From positions 1 through 64,000 of the forward strand of contig MCFE01000144.1 of NCBI GenBank assembly GCA_002104905.1: a stretch of 64,000 nt of DNA, given 5' to 3'. A program made the translations under genes and the position numbers. Under the pieces are notes generated by a model that worked only from the letters and a program-made list of their open reading frames with translations, made no database searches and was not told the origin of the DNA. Of this stretch, positions 1-10,442 are shown in pieces (position 1 is the stretch's first letter; each line of letters opens with the position of its first letter). This DNA comes from Basidiobolus meristosporus CBS 931.73 (taxonomy: Eukaryota > Fungi > Basidiobolomycota).

Positions 1-263
1 AACAAGCACAGCCTCTATTTGATCTCCACAGAGCTGAATGGCGAAAGGCAGAATTGTTCCTGGATCGGTTAGAGGACCAGTTAGTAAGTGGGCCTTATGT
101 TGTGGGGGTGAAGTATACAGCTGCTGACGTCCACGTCATCCCATTACTGGTCCATCTAAAGTCAATCAAGGGCGATGTAGTGTTCTCAGGAAGACCTAAC
201 CTACAACAGTATCTAACAAGGGTATCATCAAGAGAAAGTTTCAAATTGGTGTATGATGCATAA
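1..263 (+). CDS. Glutathione S-transferase, C-terminal part (gene starts before the window)
   Basis: The frame from base 3 reads QAQPLFDLHRAEWRKAELFLDRLEDQLVSGPYVVGVKYTAADV...RPNLQQYLTRVSSRESF. This has the GST C-terminal pattern (L..LE..L...PY..G...T.AD, then P.L..Y..R...R.SF). Confidence 0.75.
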   Translation, partial: QAQPLFDLHRAEWRKAELFLDRLEDQLVSGPYVVGVKYTAADVHVIPLLVHLKSIKGDVVFSGRPNLQQYLTRVSSRESFKLVYDA

Positions 264-352
264 CAAAGCAATAAATATGCAAATGTATTTTGATTTTCAA
301 TCAAGGAAGCATCGAGGATTTATGGGCTGATTTAGCGGGAAAGGAAGTTTTT

Positions 353-459
353 GATTGAACTAGCATATATCCTTAGATTAAAAATACTCACGCTGTAACA
401 GTTCGATTGAACTAGCATATATCCTTGGATTTACAAATTACTCACGCTGTAAACAGTTC
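353..459. repeat. Tandem duplication, 2 x ~52-55 bp
   Basis: The unit gattgaactagcatatatcctt(a/g)gatt...actcacgctgtaa(a)cagttc starts at 353 and again at 405. Confidence 0.9.
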
Positions 460-1019
460 TATGTTGCAAGTGGGAACAAGAACAAGATTCTAGTGAATGG
501 TTTATCTACAGTGTTGATTGAATATACAGTAGGCGCGGCCTTTTCAAGAATAATTGTGTAGCGTCCTTTTTCTTCATGCTTCTCAACTAGTTGGTTTCCT
601 GTGGCATCGCACCATGCAGCAGCGTCACGAGCTAAACCTGCGTCAGTAGCAATGATTTCCACACGTTCACCAATAGCAATCTTATCCATCGCTTGCTTCA
701 CCTGCAAGATAGGCCCGGGGCATTGTAAAGCACAAACATTTACCTTCAAGGCAACTGAAGGAGTTTCTGTGGGAGCAGCAGCTGACTGGGAAGAAGGCAC
801 AGGGAATGGCTTGGGGACCGGAGCAATGCTGGTGGAATAAGTCTTATAACCCCCAATCAAATTACGTACATTGCGATATCCATGCCCCATTAATATGCGT
901 TGAGCCAGGTATCCGCGCAGTCCTATAATTCAGTATAGGACAACCGGCCTATTCGTCGGGATTTCGGCAAGATGTTCTCGTAAATCGTCCAAGGGAATAT
1001 TAATCGCACCTGTTAGGGT
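459..1019 (-). pseudogene. Fragment of a bacterial CoA-disulfide reductase-type multidomain gene: rhodanese domain plus TusA/SirA domain
   Basis: Reads TLTGAINIPLDDLREHLAEIPTNRPVVLY*IIGLRGYLAQRILMGHGYRNVRNLIGGYKTY (rhodanese, TGA at 930-932 in the active-site Cys position). It continues LKVNVCALQCPGPILQVKQAM...GERVEIIATDAGLARDAAAWCDATGNQL (TusA CPxP motif). No introns. Confidence 0.8.
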
Positions 1020-1141
1020 GTCCTCCAGGGTGGTCATCTCCGGATAGGCATTATATCAACAGCAGCTCCCTATTCAGGTGTCTGACCCCATTTAGGTAAG
1101 CATCCACTTTTTGTTTCTCTACGCCTTGGATTTCTGTTAGG

Positions 1142-1217
1142 TAACCAAAAATGATCTCAGTGTATTGTAAATCAATCACTAACCAAAAATGATCTCGGTG
1201 CATTGTAAATCAATCAC
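1142..1217. repeat. Tandem duplication, 2 x 38 bp
   Basis: The unit taaccaaaaatgatctc(a/g)gtg(t/c)attgtaaatcaatcac starts at 1142 and again at 1180. Confidence 0.9.
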
Positions 1218-1289
1218 CAATGATTTGGCAATAACTCATAACTTCCTTGATACTTTCCTTAATTCCCAAATACAAAAGTTAGCTTAATA

Positions 1290-1580
1290 TAGATACTACA
1301 AACTTGACCCCAAGTCTAAAAGTGACTATACCAGGTTGGTCAAGTTTGCAGTGGATTACCTCTACTCTATGGCTACAGATCTGCCTGCCTCATCATACAG
1401 ACATGCTGTCCTTGAAGCATTTGGGCTCTTACCTTATTCCATCAGAGTTCTTCACCTCAGAACAAGGCTACTCCTGACACTTCACAAATGTTGAATATTT
1501 AGCAAAACCCACTTAGAGATTGATCCTTGGTGACCCCGATGTACAAGACTTTGCCAGATTTATCAAGGAATCTAGGTAAA
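1290..1580 (+). mobile_element. Possible non-LTR retrotransposon (post-RT) remnant
   Basis: A Met-less frame YKLDPKSKSDYTRLVKFAVDYLYSMATDLPASSYRHAVLEAFGLLPYSIRVLHLRTRLL resembles LINE sequence downstream of RT. No diagnostic motif is present. Confidence 0.25.
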
Positions 1581-3476
1581 TGTATGTTTGTTCGATTGTG
1601 ATGGAGTTTGTATGGTAGGATCCATTGACATTTTGCTGCTTGTTATTGATTGGCCGACTATCTGAAGTTTTAATAGTATATCAAATCTGCGGTTGAGTTG
1701 CTGATCGTCATTTACCACGTATTCGGAGTATAAACTGGATTTTCAATCGTGTTCGCAACTTGGACAAATTGGGAAATAAACCCAAAATAGTAGATTATCC
1801 TGTGTAGCAGGCTTATTATCCTCTGCAGTATATTATCCCGTGTAACAGACATATTATCCAGTGTAGGCGTCCTGAAGTACAAACATTCCAACTGTTTCGG
1901 ATATATGGATAATTTCTCATTATACTACCTAACTGGTCGGACCGTAAAACAGATAAGCCCCTCCCCTCCAAACATAACTCGTCAAATGACTTTCCAAAGC
2001 CAAGGAATCAAGATTGCTTCGAAACCTTTATCTCCTTGAAGATACACAGCACAAAAGGCATGCTGCAGTTGTCACTGTGGTGGTGTGAAAAAGCAGACCG
2101 CTGGCCTGTACTCCTTGAAACTGAGCAAGCTTGGATATATTACCCGGACATTCGATGCTGCCTACCAAGGTGAGGATGAAGGTCTCTCCAGATATCTTGA
2201 ATATCTTAACCAGAGAGTGGAGGATTTCGAAAGTGTTGTATCTTACTTCACCACCTATTGCGGGGATCAGTTCAGTAAACGTTGGAGAATCGTGGAGAGG
2301 AGGTATGGATGTCAGTCTTTCATTTGAAGACCTGCCAAAGGGCCTTCAAGAACCAGAGAAGCCAAGGGTAAAGAGCCATACTTAGCCAACTGGGTCCCAA
2401 AGACCGCTTCATCAGTTACCTGATATGCTTGGCTTGGGTGTCATCTGCTTGCAATACCCGAGCTATTGACCAACAGGAGCGACAGGAAATTTTTGCTCAA
2501 GAACTCCTTGGCAGCCTTCTTGGCCTTGTTCATGTTGTTCAGGTCCAGTCCCAAGAAATCAAGTTTTGGCTCCGGTGCTTTAGAGTACTGCCCCTGATCT
2601 CTTTCTTTGCTTGTTCGTGCTACAGTAGGTCAAGAAGATGGGAGCCCCTTGGCTCTCTGGTCAGGGATACGGTCATAGCAGTAGCAACTTGGAGTGACAA
2701 ATGCCTTTCGACATGTGCCTTGTCTCATGGACGGCCGTATTAATGTCGATAATAAGTTTTTGGGTGCTGCGTAAGGGTAAGCGTCATTTATAGGAAACGC
2801 AATCCATATCCACAGCTTCCGGAGTTCCAGGATAGCATCGATCTCTCCTTGCCCTTTTCTGATGATTATGGAAACTGAAGCTACCACACGCCACTTTGGT
2901 GAAGAAGGAATTAAGCTTGCCAAAGAGCATAAGGAGTTGGATCTTATGGAAGGAGAAGTTTATATATCCCCTCATGACCATGTTACGGAGTTGATCCCCG
3001 AGTTGGTGAACTTCATATAAGTCAGTAACAAGATGATACTTTTGATGTAACTTTCAACCTTGATGCTATTTGTTTCAAGACTAACGTAGTTAATCATGTC
3101 AAATAATTGCATATCATAGTTGAATACCCAGACTACAGGTGACGTACATGTAAGCTAAATGCTCACTAATCTGACAGTAAAAGAAGCACGCCTATTGACT
3201 CTCCAAAACCACGGAAGCAAGGTAATCTGAAACCTTCATCTACCCGAAAATACTCAACCCAAAGCATAGGCGGTTATGTCTATCCCGCTGCTTGATGTAT
3301 ATTACATAATACACCATGAAAGCCATCGTAGTTCTAACCAAAAATGGTTGGTATCTCATCATCAAAAAAAATATGATCATTTGCCAGAAATTTCGATCAA
3401 TTTGTCATCCAGTTACACGAGCCCATTATATAACGTGACTCGATGAACCTGGTTTGGTATTCAGAACTAAATTACA

Positions 3477-4242
3477 ATGCCAGCCAATCTTCCACGCAGA
3501 GCACTACTTGCCATCACCAGCTATAACGAGCCATTTTACGCTAACGGCAGTAAAACTGGACTGTTTTACGACATTGCATCCTTACGAAGCGCTTGTTGAG
3601 GCCGGGTTTGAGGTCGATTTTGCCACCGAGACTGGTACCTACGGGATGGATGAGCACTCCCTGTCCAAGGATTTCCTCTCCGAAGATGATCAAAAGGTGC
3701 TGGCCGACCCTTCACACCCTTTCAATGTCAAGCTGAACTCGCAGCTTTACAAGGCAGAAGATCTCAACCCTGCTGACTATGGACTGTTCTTTGCCTCTGC
3801 TGGCCACGCAACCCTTTGGGATTATCCTACAGCTCGTCACCTGCAGCATATTGCTGAAGACATTTATAAGCGCGGGGGTGTGGTTTCGGCTGTATGTCAT
3901 GGGCCCGCCATTCTCCCCGGAATCATGGACAGCACCACTGGTAAATCCATTATTACTGGCAAAAAGGTTACTGGGTTCACCACCGAGGGTGAGGAAATGC
4001 TAAATCTGCTTGAGCTGATTAAATCGGCCAATGTGGCTACAATCGAGGAAGGAGCAGCGGCGGTCGGAGCAGAGTATGTGGCACCCCCTACTCCATTTGC
4101 CGACTTTACTCATACAGATGGCAGGGTGGTCACTGGAGCTAACCCTGCAAGTGCTAAATCTACTGCCATAAATGCTATCAAAGTGTTCTTGGTCTTTAAG
4201 AGGCTATCCATGTGTATAATATGTAATCCATGTTCATTGTAA
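3477..4242 (+). pseudogene. Hsp31-type DJ-1/PfpI glyoxalase III, frameshifted near base 3570
   Basis: ATG at 3477 gives MPANLPRRALLAITSYNEPFYANGSKTGLFY. The sequence then shifts frame to TLHPYEALVEAGFEVDF...FFASAGHATLWDY...VSAVCHGPA...VTGFTTEGEE...DGRVVTGANPASA, which carries the Hsp31 motifs including catalytic Cys-His. Confidence 0.85.
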
Positions 4243-4487
4243 AGAGAATAACAACCTTCTATGCGAATAAAATACGCAAATACAGCCTATATAGTCATTG
4301 TATTGGTAGGTAAATTTGCGTGTATAGATAATAACTTATAGTACTACCGTTGGCGGCTTAGCTTTGTTTACTCTAATCATGAAAACTCCACAGATTCTTA
4401 CTCCTGTTTTACTAACAATTTCACCGTTGAATAATTAGATAGATATATCTAACAGACCTAGTTATCTACATATCTGTGCCTCATTTC

Positions 4488-4836
4488 TGCTGTAAGAGTC
4501 TTGGAGATATTGGAAGCGATTGGGAGAACAAGTAGATTATTTGGTTCTCACTTAATGATTTATTGAATGTAAAAGTAGTACTAATACTTTTACATGGTCT
4601 TGGCATTACAAACATGTAGAATAGGTCAAGAAAGGTCCCAAGAACATGTGTGCAAAGCTTGGGGCTGTTTGGCCAACATTGAGAATTTTCATGTTCTAGG
4701 TACCTGGTATTTTGGTGCAAATATTCCAAGTAAATCCTGACAAAGAATTTGGTCAGTATTCTCTAGGATTTGAAGGTAATGATCTAAGTGACTAAGTTGA
4801 GTGAATACTTAGGTGGAATTCCGAATTTTTACAACA
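4488..4836 (-). repeat. Copia LTR (349 bp)
   Basis: Termini TGCTGTAAG...TTTTACAACA; flanks ATTTC/ATTTG; homologous to the LTRs at 6523 and 7537. Confidence 0.9.
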
Positions 4837-6522
4837 ATTTGGGCTATTTCTTGTCCCATTGGATCTCTGGGCATTTGATACAGGAATGATTACTTCTGGG
4901 ATACTCCTGGGCACTGCTTCAGGCTGAACCATGGTTGTAGAGTCCTCTGGAGTGAAGAAATTGCATTGTTTTGCTCTGATTCAATCCTGACAATTGGTGG
5001 ACTTGAGATCAGATTTTTGTCATCACCTGCTGTTGTTTTTTGTGGAAATCTTGAATTTTCATTGAACAAAACATCCCTGGACTTGATCAGCTTCATTGCT
5101 TTGGTATTGTAGAGTCTGTATGCTTTACTCTTGTTGCAGTAACCCAAAAATATGCATTTTACACTTTTTGGCTCAAATTTTGACTGATTTCTGGGCAGTT
5201 TCTTGGCATATGCTGTACACCCAAATATTCTTAGATGTTCTGCACTTGGTCTGTAGCCATACCATGCTTCAAATGGAGTAGAATCACAAAGTATTCTACT
5301 ATAACTCTTATTTCTAAGATATACAGCAGTGGCAACTCATTCTGCCCAAAAATCATAGGATAATTTTTGATCATGGATCATAGATCTTGCCATATCAATT
5401 ATTGATCTGTTAGGACATTCTGCTACCTCATTTTGCTGTGGGGAGTATGGTACAGTAGTCTCTTGCATTATCCCATGAATTTTGCAGAAGCGATAGAAGA
5501 GTTTTGCAGTATAACTCCACCAATGTCAGAGCATATTTTCTTGATTTTTTCACCAGTTTCTCTCTCCACCATGGCTTTGAACTCCCTGAGCTTAGACAGA
5601 GCTTCTTCCTTTCTCTCCATGAAGTAAACCCACATGTATCTTGTATAATCATCAATAAAAGTGATTAAATACTTCATTCCACCTAAGGATAAATTTTGCA
5701 TAGGTCCACACAGATCTGAGTGAATTAGATCTTATTTTTTCTTAGTTTTGATCAACCCAGAGCTCCTGAACAATTGTCTGACTTGTTTCCCATATATGCA
5801 GGCTTTACAGTGCTCCAAGTCAGCTGGAGAAGCAATTTCTACTCCAGAAATTAGCTGATCTTGATCATTTTGTGCAAATAATCAAAATTGATGTGCCCAA
5901 ATCTCCTGTGCCAAAGCATTGGTGTTTCTTCATTTAAGTTGCTAATATTGGCTTCCAAACATGATGGAATACAAGTCAACTTGTATTGATTCTGATCTCT
6001 GATACCCAAAGCAATATGGGCACCATTTTGATCAGTGATCTTGCAACCAGAATTGTCAAAGTTGAAACTGAGTCCTTCTGCAGTGGCCTTGTGTACAGAT
6101 AGTAGGTTCTTGGCTATTTCTGGTACATAGAGTACTTCTTTAAAGGTCAGTGTATGGCCTCCGTCACTGCTTCTCAGGCTTACTTGGATAGTTCCTTCTC
6201 CCACTGCATCAAGTGTTCTATTGTCACCCATGAAAACCTTCTTAATTGGAATTTCTTGATATTAGGTAAAAAGTTCTTTTTGGTGTGTAAAGTGTTGAGA
6301 TAATCCAGAGTCAATGTACCACGTCTGAGAATCCTTGTTTGTGGTCATATTTAGTGCAGATATGAATAATCTATATTCAGCTGTTGCAGCATTTCCATAT
6401 TCAGGCTTTGTTTGCTGACTATCTCTCCTTTTGAAGCACTGGTATGATGTGTGTCCTCTCCTTTTGCAGTAGTTACAAAACAGGCTGCTGTTGTCTTTGT
6501 AGGGTCTTGGCTACCTCCTTTG

Positions 6523-6871
6523 TGTTGTAAGAGTCTTGGAGATATTGGAAGTGATTGGGACAACAAGTAGATTATGTGGTTTTCACTTGATAATTTATTG
6601 AATGTAAAAGTAGTATTTATACTTTTACCTGGTCTTGGCATTACAAGCATGTAGAATAGATTAAGGAAGGTCCCAAGAACATGTGTGCAAAGTTTGGGGC
6701 TGTTTGGACAACTTTGAGAATTTTCATGTTCTGGGTACCAGGTATTTTGGTGAAGATATTCTAAGTAAATCCCAACAAGGAATTTGGTCAGTATTCTCTA
6801 GGATTTGAGGGTAATGATCTAAGTGACTAAGTTAGGTGAATATTTAGGTGGAAATACAAATTTTTACAACA
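6523..6871 (-). mobile_element. Solo LTR (349 bp) inserted in gag of the same copia family
   Basis: Termini TGTTGTAA...TTACAACA with a perfect 5-bp TSD CTTTG at 6518-6522 and 6872-6876. Confidence 0.93.
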
Positions 6872-7524
6872 CTTTGTTGGTTATCATTGCTTACTAAAGC
6901 ATTTTCATCTTCCATCTTATTGGCACTTGATTTTCTTAATTCTTCATCCAGGAGCCTTCCATATATGTAATTTAAGGACAAATCTTCAGTTCTGGACTCT
7001 AGGGCTGATCCAACACCCTGAAACTTGTCTGTCAGGCTATTCAGGATGGTAACTAACACATTCTCATCAGTAGTTGGCAGACCCATAGATTCCATTTCAT
7101 CTACCAGCAGGGTAATTCTGTTAATTAGATTTTTCATTTCTTCTCCTGGCTACTTCTTTGTAGTAAAGAATTTTTGTCTCAGATACTTTTTCTTAGCAGC
7201 TGAACATGACTGGTAGGTGTCTTCTAATGTCTACCAGGCATTCTTTGCCGTTTTTGCTCTCAAGCATTGAATTAGCAATTTGTCTTTAACATTAAGGCAA
7301 ATGCAGTTAAAGTCATTTTGTTCTTTTTCTGGTACACTCAGGCTTCTTCTGCCACATCTTTAGGAGGGAATTCTTCTCCCATGACAATATCCCAAAGGCC
7401 TCTCTCTTGTAGCAGCATCTTCATGTTCAACTTCCACACTTGGTAGTTAGATCCATCCAACTTTTCAACAGAGGGAGAAATTCCAGTAATAGCAGTGGTA
7501 GACAATGCAGAGAGTGACAGCTTG

Positions 7525-7536
7525 GGGCTCATAACC
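7525..7536 (-). promoter_or_regulatory. Primer binding site for the tRNAi-Met anticodon half (Ty5/copia type)
   Basis: GGTTATGAGCCC directly follows the LTR end and contains the gag ATG (7532-7530). Confidence 0.8.
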
Positions 7537-7886
7537 TGTTGTAAGAGTCTTGAAGATACTGGAAGTGATTGGGAGAACAAGCAGATTATGCGGTTTTCAC
7601 TTGATGATTTATTGAATGTAAAAGTAGTATTTATACTTTTACCTGGTCTTGGCATAAAAAACATGTATAATAGGCTAAGGAAGGTCCCCAAGAACATGTG
7701 TGCAAAGCTTGGGGCTGTTTGGACAACTTTGAGAATTTTCATGTTCTGGGTACCTGGTATTTTGATGAAAATATTCTAAGTAAATCCCAACAAGAAATTT
7801 GGTCAGTATTCCCTAGGATGCAAAGGTGATGATCTAAGTGACTAAGTTAGGTGAGTATTAAGGTGGAAATATGAATTTTTACTACA

Positions 7887-8560
7887 TTGGAGATATCACA
7901 AGTGATTGGAAGGATTAGTAGATTATGTGGTTTCACTTAATGATTTATTGAATGCAAAAGTAGCATTTATACTTTACATGGTCTTGGCATTACAAACATG
8001 TAGAATAGATGAAGGAAAGTCCCAAAAACATGTGTGCAAAGTTTGGGGCTGTTTGGACAACTTATCTAATTTTCATATTATGGGTAAATATTCTAAGTAA
8101 ATCCCAACAAGGAATTTGGTCAGTATTCCCTAGGATTTGAAGGTAATGATCTAAGTGGTCAAGTTAGGTGGATATTTAGGTGGAATTACAAATTTCTACA
8201 AGAATGAATATTGAGTTGAGTGGGAGTGTTGTAAAAGTTTGTAATTCCACCAAAATATTTACCCAATTTAGTCATTTAGATCATTAAGTAAAAGCCATAT
8301 AATATAATTGTTCTCCCTATCACTTCCAATATCTCCAAAACCCTTATAACAGACTTAAGGTACTTTATTTGAGCTTGTTAAAGCTACAACAGAGTTTAAT
8401 GCATCTCTCCCAGTACTTGACATTTTGGTGAAAATTTACCAAGTAAATCCCAGCAGAGAATTTGAGCAAGAAATGCTAAGCTTCATAAGCTGTGATCTAA
8501 GTGACCAGGTCAATGGAATATTTAGGAGTATTTGCAAAATTTGCAATGGTTTTGAAGCAA
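7887..8560. repeat. Cluster of older or partial copia LTRs in both orientations, one preceded by a polypurine tract
   Basis: Minus-oriented LTR at ~7887-8180. PPT TTGAGTGGGAG precedes a plus-oriented, internally deleted LTR at 8228-8351. A further fragment lies at ~8420-8560. Confidence 0.75.
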
Positions 8561-8711
8561 GCCACACCATCTACACTTCAATCCTAAAAGCCAGATACCA
8601 ACATGCACCCATCTGCTGCAACATAGATAAAAGCACCATTCAGCATCTGTCACTCATTGTTTTTTTCCATCTGTAAGCATGAATTTGTAAGTACCCTGAG
8701 CTAATCAATAG

Positions 8712-9716
8712 TCACCAAGAATCAAACCTACCTTTGATTATATCTTGAAAGATATCATCCATATAGTACAAAGAGGAAATGTGACCACCAGGAATATTCT
8801 TAGCCTTGGCCCCCTTGTAATTGGCCAACAGCCAACTATTTGTAGCTCCTCCAATCGTATCCTTGTCTGAAGTAACCACAAGCATTGGCTTCGAGGCATG
8901 CTCCTCATCCAAACAAGCCGGTTCGAAGCCCCAGTCGGAATGAATTACATCAGAAACCTCAAGAAACCCATCCCAGTTCTTACAACAGGTGACAGCACCA
9001 CGAGCCATTCGACCGATAAATTCGTCGTCCGTTATTTGCTTTTTCTCTAGCCATTCTCTATAGGCCTTCTTTTCGTCCTCGTCCATCAAGTCAAATAAGG
9101 TCTGGCGAAGAAACTGCTTGGCTCCATCTTCCGACTTCATCTTGGAACCAATCACTGAGCTGAATGCCCGCTGGAGCAGACGAAAAGGGATCAACTGCGT
9201 CGGAGGACCCACAGAGAACCAGTTGGCCCAACTGAGAGATTTGGCATGGTCTTTATGGTACTTGAAAGGGGAGAAACCTGCCAGGAGGACGCAACCGACA
9301 ATTTTGCGACCTGGTGGGAAGAGTTCATAGGGAGCACCATAGAGCATCTGCGCAGGCACAGTGCCGTAGGAACCACCAGCCACGTAAATCTGTTCGTAAG
9401 CACCGGTGGGATAAAGATGGGATAATAAGGCACACATATCCTTTGCGAGAGTTTCGTGATATGGAACTTTACTGTCGCGTGAGCTCGTGTTGCCATTGCC
9501 AGCCAACGTAGGGGCGATCCAATGCACACCGAGCTCGCGACATGGCTGTGGGACTTCGTAGGCAGTTCCTACGCTCATAAGACCGCTGAAAAAGATGACA
9601 AGTGTCTGTGAATCTGCTGGCCCATTATGGGCATACGCTAGTTGACGGCCATCAGAGAGTTGCAGGGTGTGCTCTTCCCCGCCGTTGGTTGTACTGTACG
9701 CTGTGGAGTTGGCCAT
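8712..9716 (-). CDS. Alpha/beta hydrolase, intronless
   Basis: N-terminal LQLSDGRQLAY, nucleophile elbow VAGGSYG, SDWGF motif and C-terminal GGHIS. Start assumed at the second Met (MANSTAY); the ORF is open from 9761. Confidence 0.85.
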   Translation of the reverse strand: MANSTAYSTTNGGEEHTLQLSDGRQLAYAHNGPADSQTLVIFFSGLMSVGTAYEVPQPCRELGVHWIAPTLAGNGNTSSRDSKVPYHETLAKDMCALLSHLYPTGAYEQIYVAGGSYGTVPAQMLYGAPYELFPPGRKIVGCVLLAGFSPFKYHKDHAKSLSWANWFSVGPPTQLIPFRLLQRAFSSVIGSKMKSEDGAKQFLRQTLFDLMDEDEKKAYREWLEKKQITDDEFIGRMARGAVTCCKNWDGFLEVSDVIHSDWGFEPACLDEEHASKPMLVVTSDKDTIGGATNSWLLANYKGAKAKNIPGGHISSLYYMDDIFQDIIKGRFDSW

Positions 9717-10442
9717 ATTTGCGAGTGAACGATCAATGGCAGTCTTTTTTATTGCTTTCATGCGTCCAACACACTAGATCTCATCAGGTCTTCAGCGAAC
9801 TGAAGGAATATCACATGATTGACAATTTGTTGTCTGACTGGCCCAACATAACGTTTGCTTTGATATTAGCCGGTTTGCTTGATAACAACCAGTAACTTGG
9901 TTGATTTTTAGGACATTGACCTATGCCTCTGCCTGTTTAGGTTTTACTCCCAAGCGTTGGAAATAAGAGACCAAGTATTAGGACCTACAAACATCGATGT
10001 ATATTTTAGTTGTTTGACATTCAGTCTACATATATGGCTCATCTGCTGTAGAAAAGTATTGCTTCATATGGCTCATTTGCTGAGGAATATACAAACTTGG
10101 CAGAGAATATGGAATAGAAAATTGCTGAATACTCCATCCTGGAAGGTGAATATATTGTGGGTTTCTCACACTCTGATAGAGACCTCGAATAATCCTCGAA
10201 TAATCCTCACAAAACCCCCTTCACTAGGTGGCAAATAGTTGGTTCAACATTCATTTACCTATCCATTACAATTGTCCCAAAATCACCAACCTAATCCCGA
10301 TCTAGAATAGACCAGGTGAATATATATCGAGTGAGAATTCCATCATTTCCACGGGAACCAAGAAATAATGTCGCAGCGGTGGTACATGACATCACCGTAC
10401 ATTGGGTGCTTATAATAGTCACCGACCTACTGCCACCATGAA

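Larger units (their letters stand above)
4488..7886 (-). mobile_element. Ty1/copia LTR retrotransposon, degenerate (5' LTR, PBS, gag, protease, integrase; RT/RNaseH absent)
   Basis: 5' LTR 7886-7537 is followed by PBS GGTTATGAGCCC. Gag reads KLDGSNYQVWKLNMKMLL. Also present: a zinc knuckle, the protease WYIDSG, GAG-pre-integrase LWHRRFGHI, and integrase IHSDLCGP...FIDDYTRYMWVYF and MGYCNKSKAYRLY. An LTR at 4488-4836 closes the element. Confidence 0.92.

Noticed and set aside
1790-1870. Four ~20-bp TTATCC-containing repeats and a nearby TIR-like word (aactggtcggaccgta at ~1931)
   Set aside because: No partner TIR or TSD was found in the window, so I cannot support an element call.
2085-2980. 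Protein-like plus-strand frames (2085-2327, 2429-2743)
   Set aside because: Different frames, stops, and no recognisable motif. Possibly a decayed gene or TE, but unassignable.
4238-4470. Possible solo LTR of another family (TGTA...TACA)
   Set aside because: No TSD and no second copy in the window.
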